In this document: positions 17,673 through 25,989 of the stretch, in pieces | Numbering within the stretch: position 1 is the stretch's first letter | Layout of the letters: each line of letters opens with the position of its first letter | NCBI GenBank assembly: GCA_016793325.1 | Contig: JAEUKI010000001.1 | Span: 50,625-114,624, forward strand | Reading direction: 5' to 3' | DNA from: Myxococcales bacterium | GTDB lineage: Bacteria; Myxococcota_A; Polyangia; Polyangiales; Ga0077539 | Length of the DNA stretch: 64,000 bases | Made by a program: the position numbers and the translations under genes | Notes under the pieces: model-generated | Databases searched by the model: none | The model's input: the letters and a program-made list of their open reading frames with translations, nothing else | What the model was told of the DNA's origin: nothing

Positions 17673-19015
17673 CCCGTGAGAATAAACGTCTCGTCCGCAG
17701 GAAAATCCCTCACGAGAACCGCAGGGCTCTCGGCGGTGATCATCCCCGCGAGGAGCTTCACGGGCGTCTCGATGTCCACGTAGCGAAACGGCTTCTGCAT
17801 GATCGCGCGCACGGGCTGCTCGCGGATCTTCGGGTCGTCGACCATCTTCGCGTACACGTGCGCCTCGCTGAGCGAGCCCACGATGCGGCCCGATCGCAGC
17901 ACGGGGATCTGCGAAAAGTCATTCTCGCGCATGCGAAGCACGGCCTGCGCGACGGACTCGGTCTCTTCGACGCCGACGACCGCGGTGACCTTCTTGTTCT
18001 TCACCAGCGAACGCGCGGTGTTTCCGTCGGTGTCGACGTAGCCCATGCTGCGCATCCAGTCCGGGTTGAACATCTTGCCGAGGTAGCGCGTGCCGTGATC
18101 GTGAAAGATCACGACGACGTGCTCGCCTTCTTTGAAGCGGTCTTTCAACTGCAAGAGGCCCGCGATGGCCGAGCCCCCTGAGTTTCCGACCCAGATGCCC
18201 TCTTGGCGAACGATCTCGCGCGTCCACATGGCCGCGTCGCGGTCGGTCACCTTCTCGAAGTGATCGATCACGGACATGTCCACGTTTTGCGGGAGAAAAT
18301 CCTCGCCGATGCCCTCGGTCACGTACGGGTAGATCTGCCCTTTGTCGAAGATCCCTGTCTCTTTGTACTTCTTGAATACCGACCCATACGTGTCGACACC
18401 CCAGACCTTCATCGAGGGCTTCTTCTCTTTGAGGAACTTGCCCGTCCCGCAGATGGTCCCGCCCGTTCCGACGCCCACGACGAGGTGGTCGATCTTGCCG
18501 TCGGTCTGCTCCCAGAGCTCGGGCCCCGTCGTCTCGTAGTGCGCCTGCGCGTTGGAAGGGTTGTCGTACTGGTTGGCCTTCCACGAGTTGGGCGTCTCGC
18601 GCTCGAGCCGCGAGCTCACCGAGTAGTAGCTGCGGGGATCTTCGGGATCGACGTCCGTCGGGCACACGATCACTTCGGCGCCGAAGGCACGAAGCGCGTC
18701 GACCTTCTCTTTGGACTGCTTGTCCGTCGTCGTGAAGATGCACTTGTAGCCCTTCACGATCGCGGCGATCGCGAGGCCCATGCCCGTGTTTCCGCTCGTG
18801 CCTTCGATGACCGTCCCGCCGGGCTTCAAGAGGCCCTTCTTCTCGGCGTCCTCGACCATCTTCAAGGCCATCCGGTCCTTGATGCTGTTGCCGGGATTGA
18901 AGGTCTCGACCTTCGCCCACACTGTGGCGCGAATGTCCTTGGTGATGCGGTTCAGTCGAACGAGCGGCGTGCGGCCGATCGCGCCCAAAATGTTGTCGTG
19001 AACGTTGGTGCCCAT
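17648..19015 (-). CDS. Cystathionine beta-synthase (PLP domain plus CBS-pair)
   Basis: Contains MGTNVHDNILGAIGRTPLVRLNRI, NPGNSIKDR and GTSGNTGMGLA. The C-terminal ~130 aa form tandem CBS domains. There is a 25-nt convergent overlap with the amine oxidase gene. Confidence 0.9.
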   Translation of the reverse strand: MGTNVHDNILGAIGRTPLVRLNRITKDIRATVWAKVETFNPGNSIKDRMALKMVEDAEKKGLLKPGGTVIEGTSGNTGMGLAIAAIVKGYKCIFTTTDKQSKEKVDALRAFGAEVIVCPTDVDPEDPRSYYSVSSRLERETPNSWKANQYDNPSNAQAHYETTGPELWEQTDGKIDHLVVGVGTGGTICGTGKFLKEKKPSMKVWGVDTYGSVFKKYKETGIFDKGQIYPYVTEGIGEDFLPQNVDMSVIDHFEKVTDRDAAMWTREIVRQEGIWVGNSGGSAIAGLLQLKDRFKEGEHVVVIFHDHGTRYLGKMFNPDWMRSMGYVDTDGNTARSLVKNKKVTAVVGVEETESVAQAVLRMRENDFSQIPVLRSGRIVGSLSEAHVYAKMVDDPKIREQPVRAIMQKPFRYVDIETPVKLLAGMITAESPAVLVRDFPADETFILTGYDVLAAL

Positions 19016-19082
19016 CGCGGCGCGCACGATACCGCAGCGAGCGGAAGGCGCGATGCCGTTCGAAGCGTGGTGCAGTGCGTTA

Positions 19083-21275
19083 TCAGTACCAACGCGCAAA
19101 TTTGTCGAACGTCGTCCCCGACGCAGGCGCGTTCACCACGCTCGTCATGGGCGTCGCGCCGCGCGAGCGCACGAGCACGAGTCGGTCGGTCATCATCGAC
19201 GACGAGCGAAACACCGCGACGGCGTCGGGAGATCCGTCGCCATCGCAGTCGCCGATCGGGCCCATCACGTCGGTGGGCACCTCGTCGCCGACGCCCGGCA
19301 CCGTCGCGACTGCAAACGCTGCACGCGTCGCCGCTCCGCGCACGAGCTGCAATCCGAGCGTCGGGCCGCCGTTGGTCGCGGGGCCGAGCACGAGCGCGTC
19401 GCCGAAGCCGTCGCCGTCGCTGTCGCCGATGTGCGCGACGTTCGAGCGCACGACCGCGGTGGTGCTCCCCGTGAGCAGCGCGCTCGCGGCGGTCGTCAGC
19501 GCAGCGCCCGTGCTGCGTTGAAAGAGCACTTGCCCGAGCGTGTTGATCATCGGGAGCATCATGACTTGGTACTCGGGCGCAGAGCCGAAGAGGTCCGCGC
19601 GCCCGTCGCCGTCGCTGTCGCCGCCGAGGACGACGCCGCGACCGAGGTGGGCGTTGGGGCTCGTTCCCGTCACGAGGCCGAGGCTCGCGTGGGCGCGCGA
19701 GGTCGAGCCTGCGAGCGCTCTCGCTTGCCCTTGATTTTGTGGGACGCCCGCGGGCTCGCCGAACGGCGCGCCGATCACGAAGTCGCTGATGCGGTCGCCG
19801 TTGATGTCCCCTGCGCCGCCGACGGCGCTCCCGAGCTGCTCGGACGCCGCGGTTCCCTGCGCGACCATCACGCCTGTGAGCATCGCAGGCGCGGCGGACC
19901 CGTAGAACAAGTGCGCCTGTCCGACGTTGGTCATCGACGAGGGCGCGCCCACGAGCACGTCTGCGTATCCGTCGCCATCGACGTCGCCGACGCCCGCGAC
20001 CGCTGCGCCGAAGGCCGTGGCTCCCGCGGGGCGCACGAGCGGCGCGCTGCGCGAGAGCGCGTTGGTCTCGGCGCCGAACAGCACGCGCGCGGTGTTCGCG
20101 GTGCCATTGGCGATGACGAGATCCACGAAGCCGTCGCCGTCGACGTCGCCCGCGGTCGCGATGGACGAGTACGTCTCGGCCATCGAGAGGGTGCGGTCCA
20201 TTGTGGGAGCCATTCCATTTCGGCCGCGAAAGAACTCGAGCCGCGTGGCGCCGCCGGCGCGAACGCCCACGACGATGTCCGCGAGCCCGTCGCCGTCGAA
20301 GTCTGCGTCGCACCCGTGCGCGGTGTCCGCGACGGTCATCGGGTTCGTGACCTGCGCGGGGATTCGCACCTGCCACGTGGGGCTCGCCGCCGCGCCGTAG
20401 ACGCCCGGTGAGAGCAGCGCGCGGGCGCGGAAGAAGACCGTTCCCGTAGGCAATTCGCAGGGCAAACGCGCTTCGGTCCCCGTCTGTTCGAGCGCCGCGA
20501 TCACGCGGGTGCACGCGCGGTCCTGGCAGAACTCGACGCGCGCCCCCGTGGTGGTCATCGCGTTTTGCCAGCGAACGGTCGGGTTCTTCGTGGTCGCGGT
20601 GCTGCCGACAGGGGGCCACGTCAGGCGCGGCGCGCTCGGGCCAGCCATGAGCATCCCTGCGGGCGGCGTCGTGCACGTTCCGCTGCTCACCATCGCGTCG
20701 GTGCTCGTGCCGCCGTCGCGGTTGGTGCTGGCGCCGTACTCTTCGAGCGTCGGTCGGTCGACGGCGACGCATTGACCGCCTTCGCCGCACGTGAGGCCCA
20801 TGCTCTCGCACTCGGCCTGGCGCGCGCCGACGCACTCGGCTGCGAGATACATTCTCACGACGAGGCGTCGATCACGGGCGAAGCTCACGCGCGCGGTCTG
20901 CCTCACGACTTCGCGATTGGAGAGCTCTCCGGTCACGATGACCGTGAGCGGACGCGACTCGTCTCCGCCACGATCGGGGCGAATCACGGTGTGGCCCGGC
21001 AGCGCGAAGCTCGGCATCGGACCCACGAGCGAAAATGGAACGTCGAGCTCCGGGTCCCCCATCGCGCTCGTTCGCCCGGTGATTCGCACGGCGTCGATGC
21101 GCGGCGTCGCTGTCCCCGTGATGGGAATGTTCGAGTCGACGATCACCCACAGCTCCGTGGGACGACGCGCGCAAGACGCGCCGAGCGTCGCGAGGACGAC
21201 GAGCGCCGCCGTCCATCGTCCGTTCGTCACGGGGCGCATCACGTTGGCGAACTTGGTCTTCATCGTGGTGCTCAT
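19083..21275 (-). CDS. FG-GAP/VCBS-repeat lipoprotein
   Basis: MSTTMKTKF...AALVVLATLGASC (lipobox). At least 7 Ca-binding FG-GAP loops: DFDGDGLADIVVG, GDVDGDGFVDLVI, GDVDGDGYADVLVGAP, GDINGDRISDFVIGAP, GDSDGDGRADLF, GDSDGDGFGDALV, GDCDGDGSPDAV. The ATG overlaps the upstream stop (ATGA). Confidence 0.85.
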   Translation of the reverse strand: MSTTMKTKFANVMRPVTNGRWTAALVVLATLGASCARRPTELWVIVDSNIPITGTATPRIDAVRITGRTSAMGDPELDVPFSLVGPMPSFALPGHTVIRPDRGGDESRPLTVIVTGELSNREVVRQTARVSFARDRRLVVRMYLAAECVGARQAECESMGLTCGEGGQCVAVDRPTLEEYGASTNRDGGTSTDAMVSSGTCTTPPAGMLMAGPSAPRLTWPPVGSTATTKNPTVRWQNAMTTTGARVEFCQDRACTRVIAALEQTGTEARLPCELPTGTVFFRARALLSPGVYGAAASPTWQVRIPAQVTNPMTVADTAHGCDADFDGDGLADIVVGVRAGGATRLEFFRGRNGMAPTMDRTLSMAETYSSIATAGDVDGDGFVDLVIANGTANTARVLFGAETNALSRSAPLVRPAGATAFGAAVAGVGDVDGDGYADVLVGAPSSMTNVGQAHLFYGSAAPAMLTGVMVAQGTAASEQLGSAVGGAGDINGDRISDFVIGAPFGEPAGVPQNQGQARALAGSTSRAHASLGLVTGTSPNAHLGRGVVLGGDSDGDGRADLFGSAPEYQVMMLPMINTLGQVLFQRSTGAALTTAASALLTGSTTAVVRSNVAHIGDSDGDGFGDALVLGPATNGGPTLGLQLVRGAATRAAFAVATVPGVGDEVPTDVMGPIGDCDGDGSPDAVAVFRSSSMMTDRLVLVRSRGATPMTSVVNAPASGTTFDKFARWY

Positions 21276-22282
21276 CGAAATGAAAACGAGCCCCAGTAAT
21301 TGGGCGGTGTCACGATGGGCGCAGGCTCGATGGGCAACGTCGCGAGCACAGCGGGAACGGTGATCCCCACCGCGAGCGCGACGCCTCCGCCGACGAGCAG
21401 CCCGACGCCCCACGCGGGGATTCCGCCGCCGCGTTGGAGCACGACGTCGACGCGCACGATCCCGTGGCGGCCTACGGTGACCGAGCGCGTGACGCGTCGG
21501 TAGCCGGGGGCGTCGACGATGATTCGATGGGTTCCTGGCGTGGCGTCGACGGTCGCGCGTCGCTGGCCCACGAGCCGTCCGTCGAACGTGATGGTCGCGC
21601 CGTCGACGTTGCTCTCGACGGCGACCCGCGCGTCCGCCGCGGTCTGAACGAGCGTGGCCTGCACCGTTCGCCGCTCGCTCCGTTGCAAGTCGAGCTCGAG
21701 TCGCTGCGGGGTGTAGTCGCTCGCGGTCACTTCGATCACGTGCCGGCCGGGATCGACGCGGAGCGCTTCGCCGAGGGACGCGATCGGCCGCCCGTCGATC
21801 GTGGCCGTGGCCTCCGACGGCGCGAGCGCGAACCGAAGCTCTGGAACCTCTGCGCGAACGCCCTCGAGCGCCCGCTGCGTCTCTGCGAGCGACTCGCGCG
21901 TGGCGCGCGCTCCGGGGTTGGCGAGGTAGCGCTCGAACGCTGTGATGGCGTCGAGCAATCGGCCGACGCCTCGGTACGCCATCGCGAGGTTGTACTGAAC
22001 CACCGGCGAGGGTCGGAGCTGCATCGAGCGCTCGAACGCCGTGACCGCGTCCGCGTAGCGACCCTCGTCTGCCGCGGCGATTCCCTGGTCGAAGAGCGAG
22101 CGCGCCTCTGCGAGCTCCGCGGGGCTCGGCTGCGCAGTCTGCGCGGATCGAGCAGGCTGCGCAGATTGCGCAGCGCGGGCGGTGTGCTGCTGCGCAGTGT
22201 GCGCCGACTGCGCGCTCGCGGGCGATTGCGCCACGGTGACCAGCGCGAAGAGCGCTGCGGCGATCGAGTGTTTCACGGTCAT
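21272..22282 (-). CDS. Secreted/membrane TPR plus PEGA-domain protein
   Basis: Signal peptide MTVKHSIAAALFALVTVAQSPASAQ. TPR-like helices (AVTAFERSMQLRPSPVVQYNLAMAYRGVGRLLDAITAFERY). Two PEGA-like units (ATIDGRPI...VIEVTASDYTP; ITFDGRLVG...HRIIVDAPGYRR). C-terminal TM helix. The ATG overlaps the kinase stop (ATGA). Confidence 0.8.
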   Translation of the reverse strand: MTVKHSIAAALFALVTVAQSPASAQSAHTAQQHTARAAQSAQPARSAQTAQPSPAELAEARSLFDQGIAAADEGRYADAVTAFERSMQLRPSPVVQYNLAMAYRGVGRLLDAITAFERYLANPGARATRESLAETQRALEGVRAEVPELRFALAPSEATATIDGRPIASLGEALRVDPGRHVIEVTASDYTPQRLELDLQRSERRTVQATLVQTAADARVAVESNVDGATITFDGRLVGQRRATVDATPGTHRIIVDAPGYRRVTRSVTVGRHGIVRVDVVLQRGGGIPAWGVGLLVGGGVALAVGITVPAVLATLPIEPAPIVTPPNYWGSFSFR

Positions 22283-24012
22283 TCGTACGCTCGCTGCATC
22301 GGCCCGCGGGAGGTGCTCTGGGTCGCGTTGGTCTGCGAATTCGCAGGGGTCGCGGGGCTGCCCGTCCGGGGGCGCGCGGTGGTGGGCCGCGCGGCGCCGG
22401 GGATTCGAACGAGCGCGACCCTGGGCGGCGGCGGGCTGTCGCGAAACTCGATCACGGTCGGTTGGTAGCCGTCCGCGCGGACGCGGAGCGTGTGCTGCGC
22501 GCCGTTCGCGAGAAAATTTCCAGCGAAGGCGCCGACGCCGACGACGCGTCCGTCGATCTCGATGACCGCGTTCGGCGGGTCCGTGCTCACCGCCGCCGCG
22601 AAGGGCTGCGCCATTGGCTGCTCGCGCAGGTCGCTTCGCGCGGGGCCCGTTGATTCTGTGTGCTGCGTGGGCTGCGAGGCTCGCGTCGGCGCGCTGACGA
22701 CGGGTGGAACCTGCGGCTGCGTGCGACCGCGCGCGACGAGGGCGGCGCCTCCGCCGGCGACGAACAAGCCCACGGCCGCGGCGATCGCGAGGCTCGGTGT
22801 GGCTGGTTTTTTCTTGGCCGATGGCGTCTCGACGACGACGCCGGACATGGTCGCGGCGACCGACGGCTGCGCGGGCGAGGGGGTGGGTGAGGGGGCGCGG
22901 GCGTCGACGGTTCCCGCGAGGGTGGCGTCGCGTTCGAGGGGCGCGTCTTCGAAGACGGCGGTCGACGGTCGCGCGTCGTTCGAGCGCTCTGCGTCGGGTG
23001 CATTCGTGCTCTTCGGCGCGCGGGCGTCGAGCGTGGCGGCGTCGTGAATGGCCGCGGCGCCGCTGGTCGCGGGCTCGGAGGGGTCGTCGTTGCTCCGCGG
23101 GTCCGCCGCGCTGATCGCAGTGAATACACGGTCGATCGCGAAGTCCGCGCACTCGCGAAGGGCGCTCGCGAACGAGCCCATCGTCGCGAAGCGCTCTTGG
23201 CGCCCGGGTTCGAGCGCTTTGGCCACGACGTCGCACACGGTCGAGGGTGTTCCCGGGGCGAGGCGATCGAGCCTGGGGGCGCGTTGGGTCAGGATCTTCG
23301 CGAGGACTTCGTTGTAGGACTCGCCGAGAAACGGGCAGCGGCCCGAGAGGCACTCGAAGAGCACGACGCCCATGGACCAAACGTCCGTCTGCGGTCCGAC
23401 CGAGCGCTCACCGCGCGCTTGCTCGGGGGACATGTAGAGGGGCGTTCCGATCGCGGTTCCAGTGCGGGTGACCGAGACGGACTCGCCGTCGTGCTCGGTG
23501 AGCTTCGCGATGCCGAAATCGATGATCTTCACGATCGGCGCGGCGCCCGCGCGCTCGATCACGAACAGGTTGTCCGGCTTGAGATCCCTGTGAACGACGC
23601 CGTTTCGATGCGCCTCCGCGAGCCCTTCGAGCACCGGAAGCAAGAGCGCGCGCGTCTCCTTCGGTGATAGCTGTGTGCGCTCGTCGAGCAGCGATTTCAG
23701 CGGCCGTCCGTCGAGCAGCTCTTGAATGAGAAAGAAGCTCCCGTCCGTCTCGCGACCGACGTCGAGCACCTGCACGATGCTCGGGTGCTGGATCTTCGAC
23801 GCCGCGCGCGCCTCGCGAAGAAAGCGCTCGACCTGCTCGGGGTGCTGCGCGTGCGAAGGCAGCATGAGCTTCAGCGCGACCTTGCGGCCCGTCCACCGAT
23901 TGAGCGCCTCGTACACGGCGCCCATTCCCCCGACGCCGAGGAGGCGATGGAGCTCGTACTTCTCGCCAACGGTGCTTCCGATCAGCGCTTCGAGAGAGGG
24001 CGATGCCGTCAC
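22279..24012 (-). CDS. Ser/Thr protein kinase with a TM segment and C-terminal PEGA domain
   Basis: Hanks motifs are present: GVGGMGAVYEA, VALKLM, HRDLKPDNLF, DFGIAK, GTPLYMSPEQ. A Pro/Ala-rich linker follows, then a TM helix (LAIAAAVGLFVAGGGAALVA) and a PEGA-like end (VIEIDGRVVG...LRVRADGYQP). The start is uncertain; GTG 24012 was chosen. Confidence 0.85.
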   Translation of the reverse strand: MTASPSLEALIGSTVGEKYELHRLLGVGGMGAVYEALNRWTGRKVALKLMLPSHAQHPEQVERFLREARAASKIQHPSIVQVLDVGRETDGSFFLIQELLDGRPLKSLLDERTQLSPKETRALLLPVLEGLAEAHRNGVVHRDLKPDNLFVIERAGAAPIVKIIDFGIAKLTEHDGESVSVTRTGTAIGTPLYMSPEQARGERSVGPQTDVWSMGVVLFECLSGRCPFLGESYNEVLAKILTQRAPRLDRLAPGTPSTVCDVVAKALEPGRQERFATMGSFASALRECADFAIDRVFTAISAADPRSNDDPSEPATSGAAAIHDAATLDARAPKSTNAPDAERSNDARPSTAVFEDAPLERDATLAGTVDARAPSPTPSPAQPSVAATMSGVVVETPSAKKKPATPSLAIAAAVGLFVAGGGAALVARGRTQPQVPPVVSAPTRASQPTQHTESTGPARSDLREQPMAQPFAAAVSTDPPNAVIEIDGRVVGVGAFAGNFLANGAQHTLRVRADGYQPTVIEFRDSPPPPRVALVRIPGAARPTTARPRTGSPATPANSQTNATQSTSRGPMQRAYE

Positions 24013-24128
24013 GAAGGGGGAAAGTCTGCAACGCCTGGGCCAAGTGGGGAGGAGGGACAAGGGGGCCGTGAGTGCGGGGGGACGCCAGCAACGAGTGCAT
24101 CGGGAAGCAGCGGGCGCATGCGACGGGC

Positions 24129-24671
24129 GCATGCAACGAGTGCATGCGCATGGGCGCCGCGCACGGCGGGGCGTCTGCGGTCGAAGCGACCGGACGCCGC
24201 AGAGAATTGCGCATCCGAGCGAGGCGGCCTCACCCCCGCTGCCGCGCGCCCCTCTCCCGCGCGGGCGCGCGGGAGAGGGGCTACTGGGACCGAAGCGTCG
24301 TGGCAGAAAACCAACGGCTGTCTACGATGCACACAAAATCAAAGCCCCTCTCCCGCGATCTCGCGGGAGAGGGGCGCGCGGCAGCGGGGGTGAGGCAAAC
24401 CACCGCGCAAAACGCGTGCTCGGATCGACGTGCCTTCCACGTGGGTTGGGCTGTGACGCTCGATCGCACGACACGCTGGAATGCTCCCCACAGAACTCGC
24501 GAAGCGGTGCGGCACTTTTCGGCGCCTATGGGATCGCGCACTGAGCGCGTTGATTCATCAGTGAATTCACTGGAAGAGACGCGCTTCGCGCGTGACTCCT
24601 CGGCGTCCGGGCGCCTTGGCCCGTGACGCCCCGCCGCGCACGGCGCCCATGCGCATGCACTCGTTGCATGC
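24129..24671. repeat. ~543-bp element bounded by 47-bp inverted repeats with nested internal palindromes
   Basis: 24129-24175 'gcatgcaacgagtgcatgcgcatgggcgccgcgcacggcggggcgtc' is the reverse complement of 24625-24671 with ~4 mismatches. Inside, 24228-24261 pairs with 24362-24395 (34 nt). Two local hairpins share the arm gcccctctcccgcg (24248-24281 and 24344-24375). Confidence 0.8.
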
Positions 24672-24720
24672 GCTCGCTGCCTGCGCTCTGCTCTCCATGC
24701 GCTCTCTGCATGCGCTCGGC

Positions 24721-25158
24721 TCAATTGGCGCTCGTTGCCGGCGCGCACTCGGCGCAGCAGCGACGGAGCGCGCGGATGTTGATGACGTGCGCGACGACGA
24801 GCAGCGACGCTCCGACGATGGACAGCGCGAGCTCGGTGCGCTCGGAGGAGAACTCGATCGCGCGGCTCGCGACGAGCACCGCGGCGCCGGCGCCGAGCGC
24901 GAGGTACACCCGGCGATCGTTGTGCAGCGCGACGCCGCGTCGAAGCGCGATCGTCGCGAGCACGATCGACACCGCGACGAACAGCCGCTCGACCCACTCG
25001 CTCTCAATCACGCGCAACGCGGGAACGGCCGCCGCGACCGCAGCCCCCGCCGCGCAGTGGATCGCGCACAAGACGGACGCGGTCATTCCCACGCGATCGA
25101 GCCGCTCGTCGGAGGCGCGCTCCAAGAGCGACGGTGCGGGGGGAGGGCTCGTGCTCAC
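24721..25158 (-). CDS. MerC-domain membrane protein
   Basis: The GTG at 25158 lies 5 nt after the sigma gene stop. The N-terminus ...LDRVGMTASVLCAIHCAAGAAVAAAVPAL matches the 'LD..G...S..CA.HC' start of MerC-domain proteins. About 4 hydrophobic helices. C-terminal CCAEC. Confidence 0.7.
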   Translation of the reverse strand: MSTSPPPAPSLLERASDERLDRVGMTASVLCAIHCAAGAAVAAAVPALRVIESEWVERLFVAVSIVLATIALRRGVALHNDRRVYLALGAGAAVLVASRAIEFSSERTELALSIVGASLLVVAHVINIRALRRCCAECAPATSAN

Positions 25159-25163
25159 GATGC

Positions 25164-25808
25164 TCAGGCCTTCTGTCGATGGTGTGACGAGTCGGTGTGG
25201 GTTGGCGACGATGACGCCCGGAGCGCCGCGATCCCGTGGGACGCGCAGCAGCCGCGCTCGTCGCAGCCGCACGCGCTGCACTGGGCGGCGCTCGACGTTC
25301 CACAGTGGGCGATCATGCGCTCGCGAAGGGCGCTGCGGGCGCGGGACAATCGCACGGTCGCGTTGTTGACGGTGATCGACAGGGAGCCCGCGGCTTCGTC
25401 GAGCGTCTCGCCTTCGACGTCGATGCGACGAAGGATCTCTGCGTACGACGCAGGGAGCGCTTCGAGCTGCGCGAGCGAGCAGCGACAGCGGTCTTCTTCG
25501 TGCTCGCGCGAAGGCGCCGCGGCGCTCTCGGTGTCCGCGTCCGCATCGATCCACTGCTCGCGACGCGAGAGGGACTTTCGATACAGATCGAGGGCCGTGC
25601 GCGCGACGGCGAAGAGCCACGCGCGAGCTCGCGTCGGGTCACGGAGCGTCGACGACTTCTCCCACGCGCGCTCGAGCGTCGCGGCGAACACCTCGTCGGC
25701 CGCGGCGTCGTTGGGCGTTCGACGACGCACATAGCCCCAAATCGACGAGCGATGCTCGGCGAGCATCGCCTCCCACGCGGCGCGATTGGGTGTCGAGTCG
25801 TCGTTCAT
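25164..25808 (-). CDS. ECF sigma-70 factor with a Cys-rich C-terminal extension (CorE-like)
   Basis: Sigma-2 region (EVFAATLERAWEK...ARAWLFAVARTALDLYRK) and sigma-4 region (LPASYAEILRRIDVEGETLDEAAGSLSITVNNATVRLSRARSALR). A CRC motif sits in the linker. The tail HCGTSSAAQCSACGCDERGCC has 6 Cys. No anti-sigma gene is adjacent. Confidence 0.85.
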   Translation of the reverse strand: MNDDSTPNRAAWEAMLAEHRSSIWGYVRRRTPNDAAADEVFAATLERAWEKSSTLRDPTRARAWLFAVARTALDLYRKSLSRREQWIDADADTESAAAPSREHEEDRCRCSLAQLEALPASYAEILRRIDVEGETLDEAAGSLSITVNNATVRLSRARSALRERMIAHCGTSSAAQCSACGCDERGCCASHGIAALRASSSPTHTDSSHHRQKA

Positions 25809-25824
25809 CGGGGCCGTGTGCCTC

Positions 25825-25989
25825 TCAGGTACGGCGGGCGCGGGCGGCGTCGCATCCGCACGAGGCGGGGCATCCGCAGTCGGGTGGGCACTTGCACGTC
25901 GGGCCGCAGCAGCACTCGCCCTCGGGGCGCGGTTGGTTGCACTTGCAGGTTCCGGTGTTGCAGCAGGGGCAGGCGTTCTTCTCGGTCAT
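25825..25989 (-). CDS. Metallothionein-like Cys-rich small protein (54 aa, 14 Cys)
   Basis: Hand translation: MTEKNACPCCNTGTCKCNQPRPEGECCCGPTCKCPPDCGCPASCGCDAARARRT*. ATG at 25989-25987, TGA at 25827-25825. A purine-rich 'gaaagagag' lies 6-14 nt upstream. GC3 is about 89%, as in real genes here. The stop is 16 nt before the sigma ATG. It is not in the ORF track because it is under 60 aa. Confidence 0.7.
   Translation of the reverse strand: MTEKNACPCCNTGTCKCNQPRPEGECCCGPTCKCPPDCGCPASCGCDAARARRT

Noticed and set aside
8258-19015. The cysK-cysE pair plus the nearby cystathionine beta-synthase as something unusual.
   Set aside because: These are ordinary sulfur and cysteine metabolism genes with canonical motifs. 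The clustering is unremarkable.
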